DNA from: an uncultured delta proteobacterium
GTDB lineage: Bacteria; Myxococcota; UBA727; VGSZ01
DNA length: 64,000 nucleotides
NCBI GenBank assembly: GCA_963775425.1
Contig: CAVZJB010000011.1
Span: 800,001-864,000, forward strand
Direction of reading: 5' to 3'
Part shown: positions 1 through 9,979 of the stretch, piece after piece
Layout: each line of letters begins with the position of its first letter
How positions within the stretch are numbered: position 1 is the stretch's first letter
The notes under the pieces: model-generated
What the model was told of the DNA's origin: nothing
Seen by the model: the letters and a program-made list of their open reading frames with translations, nothing else
The model's database searches: none
Made by a program: the position numbers and the translations under genes

Positions 1-67
1 TCTTTCCGACGCCGCCTTTGCCCGTGAAGAACAAGATGCGGGTGGGAATCTTCACGAGCGTAGGCAT
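1..67 (-). CDS. arsA: Arsenical pump-driving ATPase, N-terminus (runs off the window edge)
   Basis: Manual translation MPTLVKIPTRILFFTGKGGVGK (deviant Walker A); GAGAGGA RBS; directly downstream of arsD. Confidence 0.9.
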   Translation of the reverse strand, partial: MPTLVKIPTRILFFTGKGGVGK

Positions 68-105
68 CACGATTCCTCTCGGCAGCGAACCCGACGAGCC
101 GCGAC

Positions 106-546
106 TCAGCAGCACCCGCCGGACTTCTTCGGGGCGGCGGTGCTTTCGGCAGGCGCGCAGCAGCTCCCAGCGCCGATGCCCGCGATCCGGACGAGGCCGG
201 GTGCGGCGTCGACGGGCCCGGTAGCGATGCTCGGCACGGGAGCCGGGAGGCCGGCCCAGGCCGCGAGCTCGTCCCGCGACGGGTACACGCCGCTGCTCTT
301 CACCTCGCCGTTGACCTTCACGAGGGGCAGCCCCTCCTCACCGCGCGCCTCGAGGGTGGCCTTCGCCACCGCGTCGGCGACGAAGGCCGCGGGGTGCTGC
401 GAGAGGTTGTAGCGCTCGACAAAGACGCCCTGGGCCTTGAGCCAGTCGAGGTCGGCGGCGAAGCGCACGAGCTTGTCGTCGACGGACGGGCCGCAGACGC
501 CGGTGGAGCAGCACTGCGCAGGATCGAAGACGCGAATGGTGTTCAT
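106..546 (-). CDS. arsD: Arsenite metallochaperone
   Basis: FDPAQCCSTGVCGPSVD, RYNL and YPSRDELAAW motifs; extra CC pairs in the C-terminal tail. Confidence 0.93.
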   Translation of the reverse strand: MNTIRVFDPAQCCSTGVCGPSVDDKLVRFAADLDWLKAQGVFVERYNLSQHPAAFVADAVAKATLEARGEEGLPLVKVNGEVKSSGVYPSRDELAAWAGLPAPVPSIATGPVDAAPGLVRIAGIGAGSCCAPAESTAAPKKSGGCC

Positions 547-583
547 GAGGCACTTCCTTGTCATCGCAGGACAACGATGACGG

Positions 584-925
584 CTAGATTCCCGCCACGA
601 GCACCCTCAGGCGGCGCATCGTGCGCGGCTCGATGCAGTAACAAACGCGCGGCCCGTCGATCTCACCCCGGATGAGGCCGGCTTCCTTCAGCACCTTGAG
701 GTGCTGTGAGACGGTGGACTGGGCGAGCGGGAGCTCGCTGACGATATCCCCGCACACGCACGACGATCGCCTCGTGAGGATGCGAAGGATCTGCACACGC
801 GCGGGGTGACCGACGGCCTTGGCGAGCTCCGCGAGCTCCTCATCGGCCTCGTCCCCCTCTACCGGGCGGAGGTCGGGCGACACGGTCCCGGGCGGGCAAC
901 AGGCGGCGGCGTCCACGCCATTCAT
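584..925 (-). CDS. arsR: ArsR/SmtB metalloregulator
   Basis: KAVGHPAR...CVCGDIV...[17 protein letters not shown]; N-terminal ACC; heads arsD-arsA. Confidence 0.9.
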   Translation of the reverse strand: MNGVDAAACCPPGTVSPDLRPVEGDEADEELAELAKAVGHPARVQILRILTRRSSCVCGDIVSELPLAQSTVSQHLKVLKEAGLIRGEIDGPRVCYCIEPRTMRRLRVLVAGI

Positions 926-963
926 CGTAAGATAGCGATAACCACCGATCGCTCGAGCGTCAA
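926..963 (-). promoter_or_regulatory. Putative arsR promoter and operator
   Basis: Minus strand TTGACG-N17-TATCGC; AGCGAT-N8-ATCGCT inverted repeat (934-953) overlaps the spacer and -10. Confidence 0.55.
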
Positions 964-1736
964 GGTGGTCCACCGAGAGAAGCTGGATCCTGACCGTAGA
1001 ACTCCTGCAACTGCAGGTAGAGCTCGGGGTGCTTTCGACGGAGCTGGTGCGGCTTCTCGAAGAACGACTCTGTGGCGACGGCGAAGAATTCGGCCGGGCT
1101 CTTCGCTCCGTATTTGTCGAGGACGGTTCGATGTCTCAGCGCCGTGTCCCGCACGAGCTCGTCGTACTCGTGGGCGAGCACGCGCGCCCAGGCGACGTAC
1201 ATCGAGCGGCGCGGCAGCACCGGCGAGCCCGCGCCGCCGCCTTCCTGGTCGAGTTGATGAGCGAACTCGTGCAGCACGACGTTGTGTCCGTCGTGGATGT
1301 CGGCCGCGCCGGCGAGCACGCTGTCCCAGGCAAGCACGACGATGTCGTGGCTCCACGACTCGCCCAGGCGCGCTTGCGGGCTCTCGTCGACGACGCCGGC
1401 GGCGTCCTTCCGCTCGGAGTGGACGAGGAACGTCGTCGGGTACACGAGGATCGTGCTGAGGTTCGGGTAGCAGTCATCGACAAAGCGGTGAAGCAGAAGG
1501 ACGCAGGCCTGCGCGGCGATGGTCACGCGAATCTCGTCGGTGATCTCGATGCCGGCACACCCCTCGAAGCGTTTCTCCGCGAGGAACACCTGCACACATC
1601 CAAAGAGGTGAAGGCGATCCTGCTCGGACAGCCGCGCGACGAACGGGACGTTGCGCTCGATGAACCCGCGCCAGCTCTCCGGCATCGCCGCGCTGCGTAT
1701 CTTTGAGCGGCGCCTGCGCGTCCACCAGCCGGTCAT
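960..1736 (-). CDS. mtfA: MtfA-like M90 zinc peptidase
   Basis: [29 protein letters not shown] and [13 protein letters not shown] motifs. Confidence 0.88.
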   Translation of the reverse strand: MTGWWTRRRRSKIRSAAMPESWRGFIERNVPFVARLSEQDRLHLFGCVQVFLAEKRFEGCAGIEITDEIRVTIAAQACVLLLHRFVDDCYPNLSTILVYPTTFLVHSERKDAAGVVDESPQARLGESWSHDIVVLAWDSVLAGAADIHDGHNVVLHEFAHQLDQEGGGAGSPVLPRRSMYVAWARVLAHEYDELVRDTALRHRTVLDKYGAKSPAEFFAVATESFFEKPHQLRRKHPELYLQLQEFYGQDPASLGGPP

Positions 1737-1899
1737 GCGCGACCATACCGAAAGCTTCCGCTGAACGCGCACGCACGTAGATGCCGGCGCGCGTCCACGA
1801 TGGCGGCAGCGGTGCGATGGCGCACGGGCTTCCGGGCGGTCGAACACGTGCGACGACGGCCGCCTTGCCTTCGAGCGCGCGGCGTCGCTCACCGCTTGA

Positions 1900-1915
1900 T
1901 GGCATGCAGCGTGCT
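1900..1915 (+). promoter_or_regulatory. Putative sigma54 -24/-12 promoter
   Basis: TGGCATGCAGCGTGCT (GG-N10-GC) upstream of the AAGGAG RBS and ATG at 1952. Confidence 0.5.
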
Positions 1916-1951
1916 GAGGCCGGAGCGCTGCGAGCGCAGCCGAAGGAGACG

Positions 1952-2452
1952 ATGATGAAACGCGTTGCCCGAACCCTCACGCTGTCGCTCGTGGTGCTCG
2001 TGGCCGCGGGCTGCATGGGCTCGTTCGTGCTGACCAGGAAGCTCTACGCCTGGAACGAGTCGTTCACCGACAGCAAGATGGTGAACAACCTGGTGTTCTG
2101 GGGCTTGAACATCCTGCCGGTCTACTCGCTGGCGGTCGCCGGTGACGCCGTGATCCTCAACCTGATCGAGTTCTGGAGCGGCAGCAACCCGTTGGGGGAC
2201 GCCAAGGTCACGATGGTCACGAACCCCGACGGCACGATCACCCTGACGCGCGGGGACGAGGTGTTCGTGCTCGTGCCGCGCGGCGACAACCGCGTCGACG
2301 TGCTCGTCGATGGAGCGCTGGCCGGCTCGGCCGAGCACACCGACGTCGGCGGCATCGTCGCGTTCGACGCGAGCGGTCATGAGATCGGCGTCGTGACACC
2401 CGAGGAGGTGGAGGTCAGCGAGCGCGTCGTCGCCGCCGAGCTCGCTCGTTGA
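1952..2452 (+). CDS. DUF3332-like lipoprotein
   Basis: Lipobox AAGC then MGSFVLTRKLYAWN...DAVILNLIEFWSGSNPL; AAGGAG RBS. Confidence 0.8.
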   Translation: MMKRVARTLTLSLVVLVAAGCMGSFVLTRKLYAWNESFTDSKMVNNLVFWGLNILPVYSLAVAGDAVILNLIEFWSGSNPLGDAKVTMVTNPDGTITLTRGDEVFVLVPRGDNRVDVLVDGALAGSAEHTDVGGIVAFDASGHEIGVVTPEEVEVSERVVAAELAR

Positions 2453-2468
2453 CGCGGCGGATCGCCGC

Positions 2469-3764
2469 CTACTGGAGCCCGAAGGCGATTCGATCGATGG
2501 CGACGTTGCCGTCCCGGTCGGTCACGGTGGCGGTGATCGTTCGAAACTGCCGGGGCGAGGTGATGGAGACGGTGAAGGGCGCGCAGCCCGTGCCGAGATC
2601 GCCGTCGAGGTCGCTGGTCCAGGTGACGTTCGCGGGGCTGCCGTCCTCGGCGTCGCTCGTGGAGCAGCGGAAGGTCACCGAGCCCGCGGGGACGGTGGCG
2701 CCGTTTTGGGGGGAGAGGATGCCGACGACGGGAGGGTTGCCGACGGGGGCCGGCGGTGAATCCGCGCCGTCGGCCATGCAAGCGTCGTACGCCGTCAGCC
2801 AATCGAGGAAGTCGGCGTAGGCGGGGTCGCTCTCGTCCTGGAACTTCTGGCCGCCGCCGTGCGGGTTGTTCGCGAGGTCGTTCAGCGGCTTGTGCAGGAG
2901 CAGGCTGTTTTCGGGCGTCGTCAGGTTGACGACCTGAAGGCCGATCATGTTGAACATCGTGAAGCGCGCGTCGTCGGGGCCCTCCGGCGACTCCTGCGAG
3001 CCGTAGAACATCTTCGGCGCGGCGCCGCCGGTGGCGGGGTCGGTGTTGGCGCCGTAGGTCGCGTGGCAGCTCACGCAGCGCCCGCGCCAGGAGAAGACCT
3101 TCTGGTCGAAGAGCTGCACGAGGCCGGCCTCGTCGCAGCCGTTGAGCGGCGAGAGCACGTCGGGCGGCGGCGCGTCGGTCGCGCCCGTGCCGCACGGATC
3201 GGAGGGCGCCGGCCCGCACACGCTGTCGTTGCAGCGCGCGCTCCAGTCGATCCACCCGAGCACCCCGTCGTGCTCCTGCTGAATCACGTCCGGCGTGATC
3301 AGGTTCGATGCGGGGTTGCTGTTCAAGATGAAGGTGAGCACCGGGCTCGCCGTCGGCGGGTCGAACACGACGACGCCCTGGTTCAGCATGCACGCCATGG
3401 TGCCGCACGGGCTGTTCTGCACGTAGAGCGAGAGGTCCACGCCCTCCATGTGGCACTGGTTGCACGTCGTCGGGACCGCACCGGAGACCAGCGGCTCGAT
3501 GCGTCGCCGATACAGGTCGAGGCCCGCCTCGCTCGTGCAATCGGCTTCGCCCTCACCCTCGCCGGCGGCGTCGCCTTCACCCTCGCCCTCGCCCTCCGCG
3601 GCGGCGCCTCCTTCTCCCTCTCCTTCTCCTTCTCCGTCTCCCTCCCCTTCACCGACATCGTCGCCATGATCGCCGGGGTCGCGCGCGCGTCCGCTCGGCA
3701 GCTCGGTGGTGCATGCCGCGAGGAGGGCGAAGAGGGCGCAAGCGAGGAGGCAGCGGGGGCGCAT
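2469..3764 (-). CDS. Di-haem c-type cytochrome lipoprotein with (EG)n linker and C-terminal Ig-like domain
   Basis: Lipobox LAAC; CNQCH and CVSCH; PENSLLLHKP...HGGG; C-terminal PPVVGILSP...SDAEDG...WTSDLDG. Confidence 0.75.
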   Translation of the reverse strand: MRPRCLLACALFALLAACTTELPSGRARDPGDHGDDVGEGEGDGEGEGEGEGGAAAEGEGEGEGDAAGEGEGEADCTSEAGLDLYRRRIEPLVSGAVPTTCNQCHMEGVDLSLYVQNSPCGTMACMLNQGVVVFDPPTASPVLTFILNSNPASNLITPDVIQQEHDGVLGWIDWSARCNDSVCGPAPSDPCGTGATDAPPPDVLSPLNGCDEAGLVQLFDQKVFSWRGRCVSCHATYGANTDPATGGAAPKMFYGSQESPEGPDDARFTMFNMIGLQVVNLTTPENSLLLHKPLNDLANNPHGGGQKFQDESDPAYADFLDWLTAYDACMADGADSPPAPVGNPPVVGILSPQNGATVPAGSVTFRCSTSDAEDGSPANVTWTSDLDGDLGTGCAPFTVSITSPRQFRTITATVTDRDGNVAIDRIAFGLQ

Positions 3765-3847
3765 GGGAGCTCCTGGGGCAGAGTCGGGCCTTACGGGGCG
3801 TGCTCCAGATCGCGATCCGCGGATCCCGCCGGTGTTCGCGTCCGCCG

Positions 3848-4612
3848 ATGATCAAGTCGCAGACCTCGTCATTGTCGCTGTCATTGTCGCTGTCATTGTC
3901 GCTGTCATTGTCGCTGTCATTGTCGCCGCCGATGGCCGTCGCGCTCCTCGCCGCGGGGCTCGCGGGCTGCCCCCCGGCGGGGGGATCTTCGCGGGGGGCG
4001 CCACCGACGCCCAGGGCATCCTCGTCGGCGCAGAGTGCTGGGACGACGGCCTGTGTCGCGTGGGCTGCGCGCCGCCCGACCCGGACTGCCCGGCGTTCCC
4101 GGATCCGTCGTCGAGCTGCGCGGAGGGCGACACGAGCTGTGACGGCCTGTGCGACGGCTTCAGCGCGATAAAGTGCACGCGCACGGACTTCTTCGGGCAC
4201 GTCGTCGATCAGCTGGCCGACGCCACCGCCGACATCCTGGCGTCTGGGACTGGGCGCACATGAAGAAGAGCGTCGACGGGTTCGGCCCCACCATGGCCAC
4301 GGTCAACCACCGCGCCAGCTTCGAGGGCGACGGCTGGGACGCCACCGAGGACGACGTCAAGGCGGACGGCAACCTCTTTCACCCTCGCTGTTGTTCTTCG
4401 ATCGCACAGGCCCGCGAGCACGTGGGGTCAAGCACGGGCGCGGCTGGGCCGTCCACATGTGGCTGCGCCAGGGGCAGCCCCGCCCCACCATCGCGCGCTT
4501 CGACCCCGACATGCGCTGGGCGGACGCCCCGAGCGGCCGCATCGCCCTCGACAACGAGCGCTTCTTCTTCTTCCAGGACGCCGACGCCTGCTGCGGCGAC
4601 GTCTGCCACTGA
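3848..4612 (+). pseudogene. Cys-rich lipoprotein split by three apparent single-base deletions (pseudogene or assembly errors)
   Basis: Signal peptide with LAGC in one frame; coding-like sequence continues through three successive -1 frame changes near 3975, 4240 and 4383. Confidence 0.55.
3868..3926 (+). repeat. 12-bp tandem repeat GTCATTGTCGCT, about 5 copies
   Basis: Read directly; encodes (SL)n in the signal region. Confidence 0.95.
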
Positions 4613-4618
4613 CCCGAG

Positions 4619-6085
4619 CTACGGCGCGGCGCACTCTTCCACGGTGATCGAGCCGGTCGCGGCGCGCGCCGCGTCGCAGGCGGAGCCGAACAGCTCCAGG
4701 GTGCCGACGCCGACGACGTCCCAGCCGTCGTTGCGCGTGTCGTCGTGGGCGACGGTCGCGCCGTCGATCCGCACCGTGAGCGCGGCGGCGTCGGGGTGCC
4801 CACCGAGGTCGAACCTGCAAGAGCCGACGTCGGTGGCGATGCCCTCGACGGTGGTGGCGAGGTCGTCGGACGACGTCACGCTGAAGAAATCGCCGCTGCC
4901 GCCTGCTTGCGCGATGTTCGTGAGCACGTCGTTGAACGCGACGGCGCCGTCGATGCCGAGGACGTACACGGGGTAGCCCGCCTGGCTCAAGGCCGTCGCC
5001 GCCGCCACGGTGTCGGCGTCGTCGAGGCAGTTCGCGGAGAACTGCTGACACTGCGAGCGGTCGCCGACGCAGCGGCAGGTGTCGCCGTCGAGCGAGCGGT
5101 TGCAGTTGGGTCCGCCGTCGGTGGCGAGGATCACCGCGCGCTGACCGCCGTCCTGGGGGAGCAGATCGAGCACGCCCTTGGCCTGGAGCAGCGAAGCCGC
5201 CGTAGGCGTGGCGCCCGAGGGCTCCGTCAAGAAGAGCGCGGTCTTGATGGAGCTGTGGTTGTCGAGGCGCACCGGGCGCAAGAGCGCGCCGGCGGCGCAA
5301 ACGTCGTCGGGGTTGTCTGCGGGGAAGGTCAAAAGCCCGATCGCCACGTGGTCCTCGAGCTGGCCGACGACGCCGTCGCCGCCGCCGAGCAGCGGCCCGA
5401 CGAGCGCCTCGCGCGTGGCGTCCCACTTGCTGCCGGAGAAGCCCGGCGCGGCCTCGGACATCGACGCCGAGCGATCGACGAGGAGCAGGATGCGCGGCGG
5501 GATGGGCGCCTGCGGATCGAAGCTCTGCGTGGTGCACGTCGGCTCGCTGTCGTCGGGGACGCCGTCGCCGTTGTCGTCGGGGTCGAGGCTGTCGGGGGTG
5601 CCGTCGCCGTCGGAGTCCGGCGCGCCGCTTCCGGGCGGGCTCCCGTCGTCGCACGGGAACAGACCGGACTCGACGCCGAGGCAGTAGCCGTCGCAGTCGT
5701 GGTTTTCGTCCTCGGGGACGCCGTCGCCGTCGCAGTCGTTGGGCCCGATGACGCCGTCGGGGATGCCGTCCCCGTCGTCGTCATTGTCGTCGATGTTGGG
5801 GATGCCGTCGCCGTCCGGATCGCCCCAGGGCCCCGTCGTGCCGTCGGGGTTTGTGCCGTAGGGCGTGTCGTCGTCGGCGTTGGCGATGCCGTCGCCGTCG
5901 ATGTCGTCGTCTTCGGTGTTGGGGATGCCGTCGCCGTCGATGTCGTCGTCCACGGCGTTGGCGATGCCGTCGCCGTCGAGGTCGCTCGCGCTGGCGCCGC
6001 CGCGTCCCTGGACGTCATGTTGGGGGCCCGTGCACCCCTCGCAGCCGCAGAGCGTGAGGACGGCGACGGACAACGACGTGGTCAT
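4619..6085 (-). CDS. Lipoprotein with thrombospondin type-3-like Ca-binding repeats and a vWA domain
   Basis: LCGC lipobox; repeated DxDGDGxP; MIDAS DRSASM, GATPT, ILATDGGP. Confidence 0.85.
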   Translation of the reverse strand: MTTSLSVAVLTLCGCEGCTGPQHDVQGRGGASASDLDGDGIANAVDDDIDGDGIPNTEDDDIDGDGIANADDDTPYGTNPDGTTGPWGDPDGDGIPNIDDNDDDGDGIPDGVIGPNDCDGDGVPEDENHDCDGYCLGVESGLFPCDDGSPPGSGAPDSDGDGTPDSLDPDDNGDGVPDDSEPTCTTQSFDPQAPIPPRILLLVDRSASMSEAAPGFSGSKWDATREALVGPLLGGGDGVVGQLEDHVAIGLLTFPADNPDDVCAAGALLRPVRLDNHSSIKTALFLTEPSGATPTAASLLQAKGVLDLLPQDGGQRAVILATDGGPNCNRSLDGDTCRCVGDRSQCQQFSANCLDDADTVAAATALSQAGYPVYVLGIDGAVAFNDVLTNIAQAGGSGDFFSVTSSDDLATTVEGIATDVGSCRFDLGGHPDAAALTVRIDGATVAHDDTRNDGWDVVGVGTLELFGSACDAARAATGSITVEECAAP

Positions 6086-6316
6086 GAGCCTGCGCACGGG
6101 GACCTCCGAAAGACGCCGGAGGGTCCGCCACAATCGGAGGGCGGCGGTCGGACGATTGGCTGATGAGTTCATCGGTCGGCTGCCCGACGCGCATTGCAAG
6201 CAACAATGACCGCAACAGTCCGGCGGCGCGCTTCGGGAGCCGCGCATGTCAGGCCGACGACGTCGACACCGCGACCCGATTGACGGCCGCCGAATCGCCG
6301 ACTGTGATCGGGCCCG

Positions 6317-6940
6317 ATGAAGCCCTACCGCCCCCTCGCCCGCGTCGCCGTCGTCACCCAGGTCCTGCTCGCGTCGCACGCGGTGCTGAACCTCGTCGCC
6401 CTCGGCATCGACGACAGCACGTTCCAGGGCCTCTCGGACGATGCGTCGCTCGGCCACGTCATGGGAACGCTCGTCGGCCTGGTCGGGCTCATCTCGCTCA
6501 TCGGTGTCGTGCTCCTCGGCACCGTGGTCGCGTTCCTCATCTGGCTGAACCGCGCCGCGCACAACGCGCGGGTCCTCTATCCGGGGGCATTCTTTTCGAT
6601 CACCCCCGGCTGGGCGGTGACCTGGTGGTTCGTGCCCATCGCGTTCCTCTACAAGCCCTACCGCGCCGTGCAGGAGCTGTGGGACGCGGCGCGGCCGGGC
6701 GGGGCGGCGCTGGTGGGCGTGTGGTGGTGCGCGTTCGTGATGCGCGCGATCCTGTCGCGCTTCACGATGAACGCCGCGGCGGGCTCCGGCTTCGAGGTCG
6801 CCTACGCCGCCGTCAACGCCGTCGCCGCCGTCCTGTGCATCGCGGTGGTTCGCGCCATCAGCGCGGCCCAGGCCGAGGCATGGGTGCAGCAAAAGCGCGA
6901 GAGCATCGGCGACGTCGTCGCGCACGTCCCGCAGGGCTGA
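6317..6940 (+). CDS. DUF4328-like membrane protein
   Basis: FLIWLNRAAHN...PGWAVTWWFVPIAFLYKPYRAVQELW. Confidence 0.8.
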   Translation: MKPYRPLARVAVVTQVLLASHAVLNLVALGIDDSTFQGLSDDASLGHVMGTLVGLVGLISLIGVVLLGTVVAFLIWLNRAAHNARVLYPGAFFSITPGWAVTWWFVPIAFLYKPYRAVQELWDAARPGGAALVGVWWCAFVMRAILSRFTMNAAAGSGFEVAYAAVNAVAAVLCIAVVRAISAAQAEAWVQQKRESIGDVVAHVPQG

Positions 6941-7074
6941 AGACGCGCGCCGATCCCGCGCGGCCGCTCGCCCCCGTCGACGATCGACCGATGATGCCCG
7001 GCGGCTCGACAGCCAGCGCCCTCCGATAATGTCCGCGTGGCTCGCACCTTTCGCGCGCCGCGAAGGGTGGCCAC

Positions 7075-8340
7075 ATGCTCGGGTCGGAACGAAGGGCGCG
7101 CGGGGAATGGTCGACGGCAAGCGCGTGCGGAGCGGTCCTGGCGCTCGCCGTCGCGGTCGGTGGTTGCGAGCCGCCGCCGCCGCCGCCGCCGCCCGATGAC
7201 CGCGACACCCACGTGAAGCCGGCCGCGTTCGAGCCCGCCGAGGTGCCGGAGCCGCCGCAGGTGATCGACCTCGGCGGCGAGGTGCTCGCCACGCCCAGGG
7301 TTGCGATGCTGTACTTCGCCGGTGAGCCGCTGCAGGACATCATCGATCCGTTCGTCGCCGAGCTTCAGCCCGCCGGGTTCTGGACGCCCTCGACGTCGGA
7401 GTACGGCGTCGGGCCGCTCACCGTCTCGCCGGCGCTCCACTTCGCGGATGCGGCCCCGTCGTCGCTCACCGGCGACGAGCTCATCACGCAAATGGACGAC
7501 GCGTTCACGAGCGGGGCCTTCGGGGCCCCCGATCCGTCCACCATCTACACGGCGGTGATCCCCTCGAGCACCGCGTTCGACGACTTCGGCACGTGCTGCG
7601 GAGACTTCGACGGCGAGCACTTCGCCGCCAGCGCCGGCGGCGCCACCATCCCGATCGCCGTGGTGTGCGCTTGCGACGACGGCTTCGCCGGACCCGGCCT
7701 CGGCGCCGACGACGAGCTCACCGCCACCATCGCGCACGAGCTCGCCGAAGCGGCGACCGATCCGTTCGACGATCCCGCCTTCGCCGAGACCGACGACGCG
7801 CACATCGCCTGGACCCTCGCCAGCGGCGGCGAGGTCGGTGACATGTGCGACCTCAGCGACAACGCGTCCATCGTGCTCCCCGGCATGGAGCACGCCATCC
7901 AACGCATCTGGTCGAACCAGGCCGCGCTGGTCGGCGCCGACCCCTGCGTGCCTGCGCCGGCCGGCGCCGTCTACTTCCAGAGCGTGCCCGTGCTCGAAGA
8001 CGATCTCGTGCTGAACATCGACGGCGTGGGCACCGTGCACACGCTCGGAAAGAAGCTCGACGTCGGACAGACCGGCACCATCGAGGTCAAGCTCTCGAGC
8101 AGCGCCGACACCGAGGCCTGGACCGTGACGCCCCTCGACGCGTCCTTCGGACAACCTCAGCTCGACTTGCGGCTCGACAAGCGGTCCGGCAACAACGGCG
8201 ACACCCTCGTGCTCACCGTGACCCTGAACGCGGTGGACCCCGACATCGGCGCGGCGCTGTTCTTCCTCGAGTCGAGCACCGGCAATCCGTCGGCGCCGTC
8301 GGCGTCGAGCGCCAGCGTCGGCCTCGTCGGACCCTCGTGA
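7075..8340 (+). CDS. Lipoprotein with PHI-1/EXORDIUM-like domain
   Basis: VGGC lipobox, poly-Pro linker; GGEVL, TIAHELAEAATDP, GEVGDMC, QRIWSN...C. Confidence 0.65.
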   Translation: MLGSERRARGEWSTASACGAVLALAVAVGGCEPPPPPPPPDDRDTHVKPAAFEPAEVPEPPQVIDLGGEVLATPRVAMLYFAGEPLQDIIDPFVAELQPAGFWTPSTSEYGVGPLTVSPALHFADAAPSSLTGDELITQMDDAFTSGAFGAPDPSTIYTAVIPSSTAFDDFGTCCGDFDGEHFAASAGGATIPIAVVCACDDGFAGPGLGADDELTATIAHELAEAATDPFDDPAFAETDDAHIAWTLASGGEVGDMCDLSDNASIVLPGMEHAIQRIWSNQAALVGADPCVPAPAGAVYFQSVPVLEDDLVLNIDGVGTVHTLGKKLDVGQTGTIEVKLSSSADTEAWTVTPLDASFGQPQLDLRLDKRSGNNGDTLVLTVTLNAVDPDIGAALFFLESSTGNPSAPSASSASVGLVGPS

Positions 8341-8343
8341 GCC

Positions 8344-9735
8344 TCACACCACGGGCAGCGTGAACTCGAACGTGGTGACGCCGCCGTTGGACGACGCGCG
8401 GACCTCGCCCCCGTGGGCGTTGACGAGCCCGCGCACGATGTAGAGGCCGAGGCCCAGGCCGCGCGACGGGCTCGACGCGGCGGCGTGCGTGCGCACGAAG
8501 CGCGAGAACAGGGAGGCGAGCTCCGACGTCGGGATGTCGCGGCCCCGGTTGTCGACGGAGACGCGCATCTCGTGCGCCGTGCGGCGCAGGCGGACGAGCA
8601 CGGGCGTCTGCGGCTCGGCGTACTTGCACGCGTTGGTGAGGAGGTTGCCGAGCACCTGCTCGATGCGGCCTTCGTCCGCGGGCACCACCGTGTCGAGACC
8701 CTCGGGGACGTCGAGCACGATCTCGTGTTCCTGCGAGGGGACGTGCATGATCACCTCCCGCGCGCACGTCGCGAGGCACATCGGCGCCTTGGCGATGCGC
8801 AGGCGGCGCGCCTCGATCAGTGACGTGTCCACCAGCTCCTCGAGCATGGCCCACATCCGCCGGGCGCTGATCCGGATCCGCTCCACCGCGCGGCGCACGG
8901 TGGGATCTCCCTGGGGGATGCTCTTCGAGAGCAGCTCGTCGGAGAGCCGGATGACGCTGAGCGGTTGCCGCATGTCGTGCGCGACGATGGCGGCCCACTC
9001 CTCGCGCAGCTTCTCGACGCGGCGCAGCCCGGTGACGTCGCGGCACAGGCACACGGCGCCCCTGCGCTCGCCGCACGGCGCGATGATGGGAGCCGCGCTG
9101 ACGAGGACGGGCATGTCGCGGTCGTGTGCGTGCAGCACCAGGTCGAGGTCGGACACCCGCTCGCCGCGGAGCGCGCGCTCGAGAGGCATCTGGTCGACAT
9201 TGATGATTCGTCCGTCGGGGGTCCGCATGTCGAACCGCGGCGCGCCGGTGTCTCCGGCGGTGGAGAACGGCCGCGCCTTCTCGTTGGCGATCACGTTGCC
9301 CGAGGGGTCGGAGATCATCACGCACTCGGGCATCTTGTCGATCACCGCCTGCAGCCACGCCTCGACGCGCGCGCGCTCGCCGACGTCGACGAGCGCGACG
9401 ATGGACTGCGTCCCCTCGTGCGTGCGCAGCGGCGTCGCCACCGCTTGGAACGTGCGCCGGCGCCCCGCCGGCATGTCGATGTCCAGATCGACGGTGAGCG
9501 GAGCCACCGCTTCGCAGCACGACGACACGCCATGCCAGAACGGCTCCTCGCGCACGACCGCGACCACATCCAGAAAGGACGAACCGGTCACCGGCGCGGC
9601 GCAGCCGAAGAGCCGCGCGAACGCGGTGTTGGTCGCGCGGATGACGCCGGCGGCGTCGACGACGACGTGCGCGACGGGTGAGTCGTCGAGCGTGGAAAGG
9701 TGGCGCTCGAGAGCGGCCCTCGTGTTGATGATCAT
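8344..9735 (-). CDS. Cytoplasmic two-PAS sensor histidine kinase
   Basis: H-box AHDMRQPL, N-box NLLTNACKY, G2 GLGLGL; no TM segments. Confidence 0.9.
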   Translation of the reverse strand: MIINTRAALERHLSTLDDSPVAHVVVDAAGVIRATNTAFARLFGCAAPVTGSSFLDVVAVVREEPFWHGVSSCCEAVAPLTVDLDIDMPAGRRRTFQAVATPLRTHEGTQSIVALVDVGERARVEAWLQAVIDKMPECVMISDPSGNVIANEKARPFSTAGDTGAPRFDMRTPDGRIINVDQMPLERALRGERVSDLDLVLHAHDRDMPVLVSAAPIIAPCGERRGAVCLCRDVTGLRRVEKLREEWAAIVAHDMRQPLSVIRLSDELLSKSIPQGDPTVRRAVERIRISARRMWAMLEELVDTSLIEARRLRIAKAPMCLATCAREVIMHVPSQEHEIVLDVPEGLDTVVPADEGRIEQVLGNLLTNACKYAEPQTPVLVRLRRTAHEMRVSVDNRGRDIPTSELASLFSRFVRTHAAASSPSRGLGLGLYIVRGLVNAHGGEVRASSNGGVTTFEFTLPVV

Positions 9736-9979
9736 GTTCCCCCGCGCTCGGTTGTAACGGAGCGCCAAGGAGGCGAACAAGCCGGGATTCAATGTGAATC
9801 GTTTTGTCGATTCGTAGGGCGCGAATCGGTATGGGTGTTCACGGCGACGTGCCGCGCGTGATCGCGATGCACCACGAAAGAATCCTGCCGGACGGTGTCG
9901 CGAATTTGGTGGGGTGACGGCACGAGCCCAGAGCGTCCGTGGGCTCCGCAGGCGCGTGATCGGAGGGCGGGCGGCGCGT

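Noticed and set aside
3868-3926. Repeat as a possible CRISPR array
   Set aside because: Contiguous 12-mers with no spacers and no cas genes
6100-6175. CGAAA and CTGATGAG suggest a hammerhead ribozyme
   Set aside because: Stems II and III do not pair and no NUH triplet is correctly placed
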